This document shows, in pieces, positions 24,796 through 36,880 of a stretch of 64,000 nt of DNA. The notes below the pieces were generated by a model. The model did not search any database. It was not told the origin of the DNA and worked only from the letters and a program-made list of their open reading frames with translations. The stretch covers positions 18,476,001 to 18,540,000 of the forward strand of contig OZ360233.1 of the NCBI GenBank assembly GCA_977017645.1. The letters run 5' to 3'. How positions within the stretch are numbered: the stretch's first letter is position 1; each line of letters opens with the position of its first letter. The translations under genes and the position numbers were made by a program. The stretch is from Torpedo marmorata. Taxonomy: Eukaryota.

Positions 24796-24955
24796 ATTGG
24801 TGCCTTTATCAAATCAGCTCTGTTTACCAGTCAGTCCTGCAGGTGGGCCACGCCCCCAGTCTGACTGCTGATATTACTTTCCTCTCCAATGTCGGTGAAG
24901 TGGCGGTAAGGTCGTCAAAGTAAACTGCATTTTGATCGCGCCTGACGCCTGTACG
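24796..24955 (+). promoter_or_regulatory. Putative V-gene proximal promoter (representative; repeated before every family A gene)
   Basis: ATTGG 24796, forkhead-like TGTTTAC 24821, E-box CAGGTG 24840, Sp/KLF-type GGCCACGCCCCC 24846, CRE half-sites CGTCA 24913 and TGACG 24943; most are also retained in diverged A1 (2026-2160). Confidence 0.65.
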
Positions 24956-25387
24956 ATGTGGTCCGTGTGCTGCTTCCTGATGATATTGATCACGCTGCCC
25001 GGTGAGTTTCTGTCTAATTGTTCACCGAGTGTCCCACAAGTTGAACACGCTCCTGAATTGTCCAATCATTGTGTCATTTGTTGCAGGAACGAGTGGGAAA
25101 GATTCAGTGACGCAGGACCCTCCTGAAATAACGGCTAAGGAAGGGCAGACCGTAATAATAAACTGTACTTCCACGATAGCAAATGCTAATATTTTTTGGT
25201 ACATTCAACACCGCGGGGAATCTCCAAAATACGTATTGAAGATATATAGCACAGGAAAGATGGAACGGCCTCAAGATTGTCCGGAGAGAATTACTGTTGG
25301 TTTGGAAAAAGTCAGCAAGATAGCTCATCTAAATATTTCCGGGACGCTCGTGTCGGACTCCGCCGTGTATCTCTGTGCCGTGGAGCC
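24956..25387 (+). CDS. TRAV: TCR alpha/delta variable gene segment A2, intact; join(24956..25001,25087..25387)
   Basis: Leader MWSVCCFLMILITLPG, GT-AG 85-nt intron, DSVTQDPPEITAKEGQTVIINC..WYIQH..DSAVYLCAVE with canonical Cys/Trp/Cys; 23-RSS follows. Alpha vs delta usage cannot be determined. Confidence 0.93.
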
Positions 25388-25426
25388 CACACTGTTGCAA
25401 GGAGATGGCGGATCCAAACAAATACT
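25388..25426 (+). other. 23-RSS of A2
   Basis: CACACTG-23-ACAAATACT. Confidence 0.92.
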
Positions 25427-26392
25427 CACGCTGTGTGCTGCAAAGCGCATACACAAGATGGCACTGTGAACAGGGAAACAGGTGGGGATGCACAGTAATG
25501 CCGAGAGCGTCACGTGGTGCCCTTCAGAGGACGACACGAAGCACACAAACTTCGCCCGAATCTTACCAATTCTTCTTTGATATAATTCGGACGCATAAGC
25601 ACAACTAGGCAATTAAAATATCATTAACGGGGCATTTCAATGTCCATTATTACCGTTTATCGACAAAATAAAATGGTTGATAACTTTTCCAGAAATAGTC
25701 TTCAAACCACATTGTTCGAGTAACCGGAATTGCTGACGGTGAATATCAAGGGAAACATGGAGATGGAGTGACATTTTCATTTTTGATATATCGTATGAGG
25801 AGGCACGGTAAAGGTTCCTGCATAGGTTATAAATTAAGTTAGAGTCTTCTACATGGACGAGGAAATTGATGCGTTAAAGGAAAACAAATAGTGGAGACAA
25901 CAGGGCGATTTCAGTTGGACAATTAATTAGTGGTAGAGAGCTACGTGATTCAAAGTGTTGTGTCATCCAGTGAGTATCCACATTACTAATGTCGATGAAA
26001 TGGCCACGTGTAATGTCACCGAATTGGGGCTGATGCAGGACAGGTGGGTTAGCAGGGAGTGAGTAGGGAGAGAAATGGAGTAGGGGAGTGAGTAGAGAAC
26101 AAGTATCAGAGAGAGTGATAAAGGAGAAAGAGGGGAAAATGGGATAGAGATCAGAGGATGGGAGAGATATAAGGAATACGAAGGGATATGAAAACAGAGA
26201 AAAAAATAAATTCTGGTTGACGACCCACGCGGCTCAGCTCTGATTGACCCAAAAATCCCTCAACAGGCACACACTCACGTTATTTCACAAAGTGAAGACT
26301 GCCTGCTGATCGTATTTTGCTGCACCATATATGTGGAGGTATTAAACTCTTGAACGTAACCAGTCTTTTGCTCGCGACTTACGCCAGACACC

Positions 26393-26848
26393 ATGCGTGT
26401 CCCACGTCCCTATATTGGTCGTCTTGTCTGAAACATCACTGCGACACTGGCCGGAGTGTGTCTGGAGGGTTATGTGGAAGCCCAGGATGTTCAGCAACTC
26501 TGTCCTTCATTGAAGGAACGTGCGGGAGCGATTCAGTGACCCAGGACCGATGAAGGACGGATCAAAATACTGAAGTGCAGTTACTCGATATCTGGTGAAC
26601 ATACGTTTGGTACATTCAGCATCGTGGGTGGTGTGGAGGGTGGGTGGGGGGTGGGGGTTCCAAACCATTTGTTGAAGAAATTCTGCGCAGGAAAGATGTG
26701 ACGGCCACAAGAATGTGCGGAGAGGTTTACAGCTGTTCTGCAGAAAGACAGCAAGATGGCTCATCGAAATATTTCCGGGGTGCTGGTGTGTCGTGTATCT
26801 TGGTGCCATGAAGCCCAAACTGTTGCAGGGCGATGGCGAACAATAATT
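26393..26848 (+). pseudogene. TCR V pseudogene B1
   Basis: Shortened leader without donor; GTCGSDSVTQDR* with FR1 deletion; G-tract in FR2; Cys104->Gly; RSS CAAACTG-17-ACAATAATT. Confidence 0.9.
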
Positions 26849-27048
26849 GACCATGTATGTTGCAAAGAAAGTTCGGGCTGGCATGAAAGCAAAAGTGACA
26901 GCAAGAAAAATGCGATGGTCAGGTGCTCCCCATTAAAAGGGATATATTTGACAGTAAATATCGCCGAATCCTCAGGAAGTGATCCTGAATTTAACTGATA
27001 CCTCCAGGCACAAAGTGAAGACATCAAAGAGGATTTATATAATCAGAG

Positions 27049-27061
27049 CACCAGAGGGCGC
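27049..27061 (+). promoter_or_regulatory. CTCF-like motif type 1 (representative; also 664, 32183, 37081, 41968, 46836, 51723, 55350, variant 60580)
   Basis: CACCAGAGGGCGC matches the CTCF core consensus CCASYAGRKGGCRS. Confidence 0.6.
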
Positions 27062-27989
27062 GATTTGAGCGCGACACACAGAGAAAGAATTCTAGCCAAG
27101 CTCGAAGACCTGTTGCGAAATGCAAGTTAATACGACGAAGAACATTACACAGGATTTCCAGAACACCTCAATGTCTCTCACCCCGTTGTCTCTAACAAGC
27201 TCTGGCGCGTGAAAACATTGCTGGAAAACGTCTTTCACCGCTTTGCATTGAGAACGACCTTGCGATATAGCGAATTTATCTTTCGAGAAAGAACCATATA
27301 AGTTATCACATCTCAGATTCAGCAAGAGGGGTTGTCATGTATAGGAGGGAAAAGTAAGTGGGGAGAAAGGGCATTTTTTTGGGATAGAGTAAATAACCAG
27401 AGGGATGTCGCAGGGTGAAAGCTGTGTTTCATCGACCTCTTCCTCACATTGATGATCCCAATAAATGGACCACGTGGACTAACATAGAAATGGCGCATGA
27501 TACATGTCAGATAACGTCACAAGTTGTGAGAAGAGAGAGATAGAAAGGACCAAGGGACAGAGTGAGAGGTGCAGATACAGGGAATTTCGAGGACAGAGCG
27601 TGAGAAAGATGTCGAACAAAGGCTAGTAAAGAGAGAGTGAGGGAGAGAGAGAGAGAGAAAGAGAGAGATAGAGAAAGAACGAGAGAAAAGGTGACAACGA
27701 GAATTTAGTAGAAAGAGGGAGAAATGCGTTATGGGTACAAACGACTGGGATAACGTGGACAGGGTAGAGAGAAAGAGATCGTGAGCGGTGTATAGTCGGA
27801 ATGATTGCCATATGGTCTCAAGTACGCAGGAAGCAGAGAGAAAGTAAGGGCAGAGCTGACAGAGAGAGGGAGGGAGAGAAGCAGACGGAAATATAGAAAG
27901 AGTAATAGAGGAAGAGGAAAGACAGATAGAGTAGAGAGAAATGGAGAGGGAGGCAGCAATAAAGTCACCCTGAAAGTTTTGTCGATGGT

Positions 27990-28001
27990 CAGCAGGGGGC
28001 G
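27990..28001 (+). promoter_or_regulatory. CTCF-like motif type 2 (representative; also 1661, 29430, 33120, 34328, 38017, 39217, 42907, 44109, 48977, 52676, 56306)
   Basis: CAGCAGGGGGCG matches the CTCF core; one copy lies 500-680 bp upstream of each A-gene ATG (variants at ~24304, ~61564). Confidence 0.65.
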
Positions 28002-30083
28002 TTATCACCCAGGAGATCTCGCTCGGGCTCGCATGAAAGCAAAAGTGACAGCAAGGAAAATGCGGGGGCAGGTGCTCCCCATTACAATGGTGATATTTGG
28101 CAGCAAATACCGCCGAATATTCAAGAAATGATTCTGAATTTGACTCACACCTCGAGGCACAATGTGGAGACATCATATAGGATTTAAATAATCAGAGCGC
28201 CGGAGGGCGTGATTCGCGCCCGCCACGCAGAAAAAGAATTCAGCCAAGCTTGAGGAATTTTCGCTAAATGCAAGTTAATACGATGAAGAAAATTACACAG
28301 GATTTCCAGAACACCTTATTATCTCTCACCCCATTTTCTCTAACAAGCCATGGCGCGTGAAAACATTGCTGGAAAACATCTTTCACCGCTTTGTTAGAGC
28401 TCTCTGAAGTTTTTCCATTGAGAATGACCTGGCGATATAGCGAATTTATCTTTCGAGAAAGCACCAGATAAGGTGTTGCACCTCGGATTCAGCTAAAGTG
28501 TCTTTCCATGTATAGGGGATACGACCACTTACGGAAATCTAATTGAGGAAAAAGGGCATTTTTGTGGATGGCGAATATATAACGAGAGGGGATGAAGCAG
28601 GGTTCAAGGTGTGTTTCATAGACCTCTTCCTGACATTGATGATTCCAATAAATGGACCACGTGGAATGACATTGAAATGGCGCATGATACATGAGAGATG
28701 ACTGCGCAAGTCGTGAGAAGAGAGAGCTGGAAAGGGCTAAGGGAGAGAGGGGTGCCGAGTACAGTGCGTGAGAAAGTTGTCGAAAACAGGCTAGTAGAGA
28801 GAGAGAGAGAGAGAGGGAGAGAGCGAGCAAGAGAGAGAGAGAGACAGTGAAGGACATAGAGATAGAGATAGAGAAAGAAGGAGGAGAGAAAAGGAGATAA
28901 CGAAAATGTGGTGGAAAGAGACTAACATGGAAATGGCGCATGATACATGTCAGATAACGTCACAAGTTGTGAGAAGAGAGAGATAGAAAGGACCAAGGGA
29001 CAGAGTGAGAGGTGCAGATCCAGGGATTTTCGAGGACAGAGCGTGAGAAAGATGTCGAACAAAGGCTAGTAAAGAGAGAGTGAGGGAGAGAGAGAGAGAA
29101 AGAGAGAGATAGAGAAAGAGCGAGAGAAAAGGTGACAACGAGAATTTAGTAGAAAGAGGGAGAAATGAGTTATGGGTACAAACGACTGGGATAACGTGGC
29201 CAGGATAGAGAGAAAGAGATCGTGACCAGTGTTAAGGTCAGAATGAGTGCGATATGGTCTCAAGTACGCAGGAAGTAGGGAGAAAGTAAGGGCGGATCTG
29301 TGAGCGAGGGCGTGAGAGAAGCAGGGGGAAATACAGAAAGAGTAATGGAGGAAGGGAAGGTCAGATAGAGCAGAGAAAAATTGAGGAGGAGGCAGCAAAA
29401 AAGCTCACCCAGAAAGTTTTGTGGATGTTCAGCAGGGGGCGTTCTCGCTCCGGAGATCTTCTGTCGGTACTTGCACTGTACGACGATGCAACAGATCGAG
29501 TAATCGATAGTTCTCAATCCATGACAAGGTCGCACTAAATGTGACTCTATGACCGGAGAGTCATTCACTCGAGGTCGTTTTCATCCCGCAGAACGTGCGA
29601 CGGCACCNNNNNNNNNNNNNNNNNNNNNNNNNNNNNNNNNNNNNNNNNNNNNNNNNNNNNNNNNNNNNNNNNNNNNNNNNNNNNNNNNNNNNNNNNNNNN
29701 NNNNNNNNNNNNNNNNNNNNNNNNNNNNNNNNNNNNTGTTTGTGTGCTTGTGTTTGTGTGTGTGCGAGAGAGAGTTAACGAGTAGAGAGTGAGAGAGAGG
29801 GAAAGGAAGAGAGAAAGGAAATTGGGTAGGTAAATTACAGAGAGAAAGAGAAGTGGAGTCAGAGAGAATTAATAAACTGAATGTAAAGCAGGCAATGAGG
29901 TGAATTGAAACAGCGCAGATACTATTGGTGCCTTTATCAACTCAGCTCTGTTTACCAGTCAGTCCTGCAGGTGGGCCACGCCCCCATTCTGACTGCTGAT
30001 ATTACTTTCCTCTCCAATGTCGGTGAAGTGGCGGTAAGGTCGTCAAAGTAAACTGCATTTTGATCGCGCCTGACGCCTGTACG

Positions 30084-30515
30084 ATGTGGTCCGTGTGTTG
30101 CTTCCTGATGATATTGATCACGCTGCCCGGTGAGTTTCTGTCTAATTGTTCACCGAGTGTCCCACAAGTTGAACACGCTCCTGAATTGTCCAATCATTGT
30201 GTCATTTGTTGCAGGAACGAGTGGGAAAGATTCAGTGACGCAGGACCCTCCTGAAATAACGGCTAAGGAAGGGCAGACCGTAATAATGAACTGTACTTCC
30301 ACGATAGCAAATGCTTATATTTTCTGGTACATTCAACACCGCGGGGAATCTGCAAAATACGTATTGAAGATATATAGCGCAGGAAAGATGGAACGGCATC
30401 AAGATTGTCCGGAGAGATTTACTGCTGGTTTGGAAAAAGGCAACAAGATGGCTCATCTAAATATTTCCGGGACGCACGTGTCGGACTCCGCCGTGTATCT
30501 CTGTGCCGTGAAGCC
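30084..30515 (+). CDS. TRAV: TCR alpha/delta V segment A3, intact; join(30084..30129,30215..30515)
   Basis: Same architecture; CDR1 region IANAY, CDR2 IYSAGK, ends YLCAVK; RSS CACACTG-23-ACAAATACT 30516-30554. Confidence 0.93.
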
Positions 30516-31518
30516 CACACTGTTGCAAGGAGATGGCGGATCCAAACAAATACTCACGCTGTGTGATGCAAAGCGCACTCACAAGATGGCACTGTGAGCA
30601 GGGAAACAGGTGGGGATGCACAGTAATGCCGCGAGCGTCACGTGGTGCCCTTCAGAGGACGACCCGAAGCACAAAAACTTCGCCCGAATCTTGCCAATTC
30701 TTCTTTGATATAATTCGGACGCATAAGCACAACTAGGCAATTAAAATATCATTACCGGGGCATTTCAATGTCCATTATTACCGTTTATCGACAAAATAAA
30801 ATGGTTGATAACTTTTGCAGAAATGGTCTTCAAACCACATTGTTCGAGTAATCAGAATTGCTTACGGTGAATATCAAGGGAAACATGGAGATGCAGTGAC
30901 ATTTTCATTTTTGATATATCGTATGAGGAGACACGGTGAAGGTTCCTGCATTGGTTATAAATTAAGTTAGAGTCTTCTACATGGATGAGGAAATGACGCG
31001 TTAAAGGAAAACAAATAGTGGAGACAAAAGGGCGATTTCAGTTGGACAATTAATTAGAGGTAGAGAGCTCCGTGATTCAAAGTGTTGTGTCATCGAGTGA
31101 GTATCCACATTGCTTCTGTCGATGAAATGGCCACGAGTAATGTCACCGAATTGGGGCTGATGCAGGACAGGTGGGTTAGCAGGGAGTGAGTGGGGAGAGA
31201 AATGGAGTGGGGGAGTGTGTAGAGAGAAAGTATCAGAGAGAGTGATAAAGGAGAAAGAGGGGAAAATGGGATAGAGATCAGAGGATAGGAGAGAGATAAG
31301 GAATACGAAGGGATATGAAAATAGAGAAAAAATAAATTCTGGTTGACGACCCACGCGGCTCAGCTCTGATTGACCCAAAAATCCAGCAACAGGCAGACAC
31401 TCACGTTATTTCACAAAGTGAAGCCTGCCTGCTGATCCTATTTTGCTGCACCATATATGTGGAGGTATTAAACTCTTGAACGTAACCAGTCTTTTGCTGG
31501 CGACTGACGCCAGACACC

Positions 31519-31982
31519 ATGCGTGTCCCACGTCCCTATATTGGTCGTCCTGTCTGGAATATCACTGCGACACTGGCCGGAGTGTGTCTGGAGGGTTATG
31601 TGGAAGCCCAGGATGTTCAGGAACTCTGTCCTTCATTGAAGGAACGTGCGGGAGCGATTCAGTGACCCAGGACCGATGAAGGACGGATCATAATACTGAA
31701 CTGTAGTTACTCGATATCTGGTGAACATACGTTTGGTACATTCAGCATCGTGGGTGGTGTGGGGGGGGGGGGTGGGTGGGGGGAGGGGGGGTTCCAAACT
31801 ATTTGTTGAAGAAATTCTGCGCAGGAAAGATGTGACGGCCACAAGAATGTGCCGAGACGTTTACAGCTGTTATGCAGAAAGACAGCAAGATGGCTCATCG
31901 AAATATTTCCGGGGTGCTGGTGTGTCGTGTATCTTGGTGCCATGAAGCCCAAACTGTTGCAGGGCGATGGCGAACAATAATT
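31519..31982 (+). pseudogene. TCR V pseudogene B2
   Basis: Same lesions as B1; RSS remnant 31950-31982. Confidence 0.9.
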
Positions 31983-34900
31983 GACCATGTATGTTGCAAA
32001 GAAAGTTCGGGCTGGCATGAAAGCAAAAGTGACAGCAAGAGAAATGCGAGGGTCAGGTGCTCCCCGTTAAAAGGGATATATTTGACAGTAAATATCGCCG
32101 AATCTTCAGGAAGTGATCCTGAATTTAACTGATACCTCCAGGCACAAAGTGAAGACATCAAAGAGGATTTATATAATCAGAGCACCAGAGGGCGCGATTT
32201 GAGCGAGACACACAGAGAAAGAATTCAGCCAAGCTAGAAGAACTGTTGCGAAATGCAAGTTAATACGACTAAGAACATTACACAGGATTTCCAGAACACC
32301 TCAATGTCTCTCACCCCGTTGTCTCTAACAAGCTATGGCGCGTGAAAACATTGCTGGAAAACGTCTTTCACCGCTTTGCATTGAGAACGACCTTGCGATA
32401 TAGCGAATTTATCTTTCGAGAAAGAACCAGATAAGTTATCACATCTCAGATTCAGCAAGAGTGGTTGTCATGTATAGGAGGGAAAAGTAAGTGGGGAGAA
32501 AGGGCATTTTTGTGGGATAGAGTAAATAACCAGAGGGATGTCGCAGGGTGAAAGCTGTGTTTCATCGACCTCTTCCTCACATTGATGATCCCAATAAATG
32601 GACCACGTGGACTAACATGGAAATGGCGCATGATACATGTCAGATAACGTCACAAGTTGTGAGAAGAGAGAGATAGAAAGGACCAAGGGAGAGAGTGAGA
32701 GGTGCAGATACAGGGAATTCCGAGGACAGAGCGTTAGAAAGATGTCGAACAAAGGCTAATAAAGAGAGAGTTAGGGAGAGAGAGAGAGAGAAAGAGAGAG
32801 ATAGAGAAAGAACGAGAGAAAAGGTGACAACGAGAATTTAGTAGAAAGAGGGAGAAATGAGTTATGGGTACAAACTACTGGGATAACGTGGCCAGGATAG
32901 AGAGAAAGAGATCGTGAGCGGTGTAAAGTCGGAATGATTGCCATATGGTCTCAAGTACGCAGGAAGCAGAGAGAAAGTAAGGGCAGAGCTGACAGAGAGA
33001 GGGAGGGAGAGAAGCAGAGGGAAATATAGAAAGAGTAATAGAGGAAGAGGAAAGTTAGAGTAGAGAGAAATGGAGAGGGAGGCAGCAATAAAGCTCACCC
33101 TGAAAGTTTTGTCGATGGTCAGCAGGGGGCGTTATCACCCAGGAGATCTCGCTCGGGCTCGCATGAAAGCAAAAGTGACAGCAAGGAAAATGCGGGGGCA
33201 GGTGCTCCCCAATACAATGGTGATATTTGGCAGCAAATATCGCCGAATATTCAAGAATTGATTCTGAATTTGACTCACACCTCGAGGCACAATGTGGAGA
33301 CATCATATAGGATTTAAATAATCAGAGCGCCGGAGTGCGTGATTCGCGCCAGCCACGCAGAAAAAGAATTCAGCCAAGCTTGAGGAATTGTCGCTAAATG
33401 CAAGTTAATACGATGAAGAAAATTACACAGGATTTCCAGAACACCTTAATATCCCTCACCCCATTTTCTCTAACAAGCCATGGCGCGTGAAAACATTGCT
33501 GGAAAACATCTTTCACCGCTTTGTTAGAGCTCTCTGAAGTTGTTCCATTGAGAATGACCTGGAGATATAGCGAATTTATCTTTCGAGAAAGCACCAGATA
33601 AGGTGTTGCACCTCGGATTCAGCAAAAGTGTATTTCCATGTATAGGGGATACGACCACTTACGGAAATCTAATTGAGGAAAAAGGGCATTTTTGTGGATG
33701 GCGAATATATAACGAGAGGGGATGAAGCAGGGTTCAAGGTGTGTTTCATAGACCTCTTCCTGACATTGATGATTCCAATAAATGGACCACGTGGAATGAC
33801 ATTGAAATGGCGCATGATACATGAGAGATGACTGCGCAAGTCGTGAGAAGAGAGAGCTGGAAAGGGCTAAGGGAGAGAGGGGTGCCGAGTACAGTGCGTG
33901 AGAAAGTTGTCGAAAACAGGCTAGTAGAGATAGAGAGAGAGGGAGAGAGCGAGCAAGAGAGAGAGAGAGATAGAGAGAGATAGTGAAGGACATAGAGATA
34001 GAGATAGAGAAAGAAGGAGGAGAGAAAAGGAGATAACGAAAATTTGGTGGAAAGAGACATAAAGTAGTTATGGGTATAAATGACTGGGATAACGTGGCCA
34101 GGATAGAGAGAAAGAGATCGTGACCAGTGTTAAGGTCAGAATGAGTGCGATATGGTCTCAAGTACGCAGGAAGCAGGGAGAAAGTAAGGGCGGATCTGTG
34201 AGCGAGGGCGTGAGAGAAGCAGGGGGAAACACAGAAAGAGTAATGGAGGAAGGAAAGGTCAGATAGAGCAGAGAAAAATGGAGGAGGAGGCAGCAAAAAA
34301 GCTCACCCAGAAAGTTTTGTGGATGGTCAGCAGGGGGCGTTCTCGCTCCGGAGATCTTCTGTCGGTACTTGCACTGTACGACGATGCAACAGATCGAGTA
34401 ATCGATAGTTCTCAATCCATGACAAGGTCGCACTAAATGTGACTCTATGACCGGAGAGTCATTCACTCGAGGTCGTTGTCATCCCGCAGAACGTGCGACG
34501 GNNNNNNNNNNNNNNNNNNNNNNNNNNNNNNNNNNNNNNNNNNNNNNNNNNNNNNNNNNNNNNNNNNNNNNNNNNNNNNNNNNNNNNNNNNNNNNNNNNN
34601 NNNNNNNNNNNNNNNNNNNNNNNNNNNNNNNNNNNNNNTGTTTGTGTGCTTGTGTTTGTGTGTGTGCGAGAGAGAGTTAACGAGTAGAGAGTGAGAGAGA
34701 GGGAAAGGAAGAGAGAAAGGAAATTGGGTAGGTAAATTACAGAGAGAAAGAGAAGTGGAGTCAGAGAGAATTAATAAACTGAATGTAAAGCAGGCAATGA
34801 GGTGAATTGAAACAGCGCAGATACTATTGGTGCCTTTATCAACTCAGCTCTGTTTACCAGTCAGTCCTGCAGGTGGGCCACGCCCCCAGTCTGACTGCTG

Positions 34901-34985
34901 ATATTACTTTCCTCTCCAATGTCGGTGAAGTGGCGGTAAGGTCGTCAAAGTAAACTGCATTTTGATCGCGCCTGACGCCTGTACG

Positions 34986-35417
34986 ATGTGGTCCGTGTGT
35001 TGCTTCCTGATGATATTGATCACGCTGCCCGGTGAGTTTCTGTCTAATTGTTTACCGAGTGTCCCACAAGTTGAACACGCTCCTGAATTGTCCAATCATT
35101 GTGTCATTTGTTGCAGGAACGAGTGGGAAAGATTCAGTGACGCAGGACCCTCCTGAAATAACGGCTAAGGAAGGGCAGACCATAATAATGAACTGTACTT
35201 ACACGATAGCAAATGCTAATATTTTTTGGTACATTCAACACCGCGGGGAATCTCCAAAATACGTATTGAAGATATATAGCACAGGAAAGATGGAACGGGC
35301 TCAAGATTGTCCGGAGAGATTTACTGCTGGTTTGGAAAAAGGCAACAAGATGGCTCATCTAAATATTTCCGGGACGCTCGTGTCGGACTCCGCCGTGTAT
35401 CTCTGTGCCGTGGCGCC
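34986..35417 (+). CDS. TRAV: TCR alpha/delta V segment A4, intact; join(34986..35031,35117..35417)
   Basis: IANAN, IYSTGK, YLCAVA; RSS 35418-35456. Confidence 0.93.
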
Positions 35418-36420
35418 CACACTGTTGCAAGGAGATGGCGGATCCAAACAAATACTCACGCTGTGTGATGCAAAGCACACACTCAAGATGGCACTGTGAG
35501 CAGGGAAACAGGTGGGGATGCACAGTAATGCCGCGAGCGTCACGTGGTGCCCTTCAGAGGACGACCCGAAGCCAAAAACTTCGCCCGAATCTTACCAATT
35601 CTTCTTTGATATAATTCGGACGCATAAGCACAACTAGGCAATTAAAATATCATTACCGGGGCATTTCAATGTCCATTATTACCGTTTATCGACAAAATAA
35701 AATGGTTGATAACTTTTGCAGAAATGGTCTTCAAACCACATTGTTCGACTAACCAGAATTGCTTACGGTGAATATCAAGGGAAACATGGAGATGGAGTGA
35801 CATTTTCATTTTTGATATATCGTATGAGGAGGCACGGCAAATGTTCCTGCAGATGTTACAAATTAAGTTAGAGTCTTCTACATGGATGAGGAAATTGACG
35901 CGTTAAAGGAAAACAAATAGTGGAGACAAAAGGGCGATTTCAGTTGGACAATTAATTAGAGGTAGAGAGCTACATGATTCAAAGTGTTGTGTCATCGAGT
36001 GAGTATCCACATTGCTTCTGTCGATGAAATGGCCACGTGTAATGTCACCGAATTGGGGCTGATGCAGGACAGGTGGGTTAGCAGGGAGTGAGTGGGGAGA
36101 GAAATGGAGTGGGGGAGTGTGTAGAGAGAAAGTATCAGAGAGAGTGATAAAGGAGAAAGAGGGGAAAATGGGATAGAGATCAGAGGATAGGAGAGAGATA
36201 AGGAATACGAAGGGATATGAAAACAGAGAAAAAATAAATTCTGGTTGACGACCCACGCGTCTCAGCTCTGATTGACCCAAAAATCCCGCAACAGGCAGAC
36301 ACTCACGTTATTTCACAAAGTGAAGCCTGCCTGCTGATCCTATTTTGCTGCACCATATATGTGGAGGTATTAAACTCTTGAACGTAACCAGTCTTTTGCT
36401 GGCGACTGACGCCAGACACC

Positions 36421-36880
36421 ATGCGTGTCCCACGTCCCTATATTGGTCGTCCTGTCTGGAATATCACTGCGACACAGGCCGGAGTGTGTCTGGAGGGTTA
36501 TGTGGAAGCCCAGGATGTTCAGAAACTCTGTCCTTCAATGAAGGAACGTGCGGGAGCGATTCAGTGACCCAGGACCGATGAAGGACGGATCATAATACTG
36601 AACTGTAGTTACTCGATAACTGGTGAACATACGTTTGGTACATTCAGCATCGTGGGTGGTGTGGAGGGTGGGTGGGGTGGGGGGGGGGGTTCCAAACTAT
36701 TTGTTGAAGAAATTCTGCGCAGGAAAGATGAGACGGCCACAAGAATGTGCGGAGAGGTTTACAGCTGTTATGCAGAAAGACAGCAAGATGGCTCATCGAA
36801 ATATTTCCGGGGTGCTGGTGTGTCGTGTATGTTGGTGCCATGAAGCCCAAACTGTTGCAGGGCGATGGCGAACAATAATT
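36421..36880 (+). pseudogene. TCR V pseudogene B3
   Basis: Same lesions as B1; VPNYLLKKFCAGKMRRPQECAERFTAVMQKDSKMAHRNISGVLV readable; RSS remnant 36848-36880. Confidence 0.9.

Noticed and set aside
24956-25387. Immunoglobulin heavy or light V identity
   Set aside because: FR1 DSVTQ..EG..V.INCTY, WYIQH, CAV/CAM ending, 23-RSS and CRE-type promoter without a proximal octamer fit TCR alpha/delta better
25002-25469. ORF-track proteins starting MSFCLIVHRV.. and ending ..PTLLQGDGGSKQ.. as complete genes
   Set aside because: They start at the GTG of the splice donor, read through the intron and continue through the RSS; the real product is leader plus V exon, completed only by V(D)J recombination
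24956-26848. A-B pair as a NAR-TCR-like double-V cassette
   Set aside because: A is TCR-type rather than IgNAR-like, no J (FGxG plus donor) lies between A and B, and B has its own decayed leader and promoter-like TGACG
27119-27128. Octamer-like ATGCAAGT in spacers
   Set aside because: One mismatch from ATGCAAAT and far from any leader; no support for function
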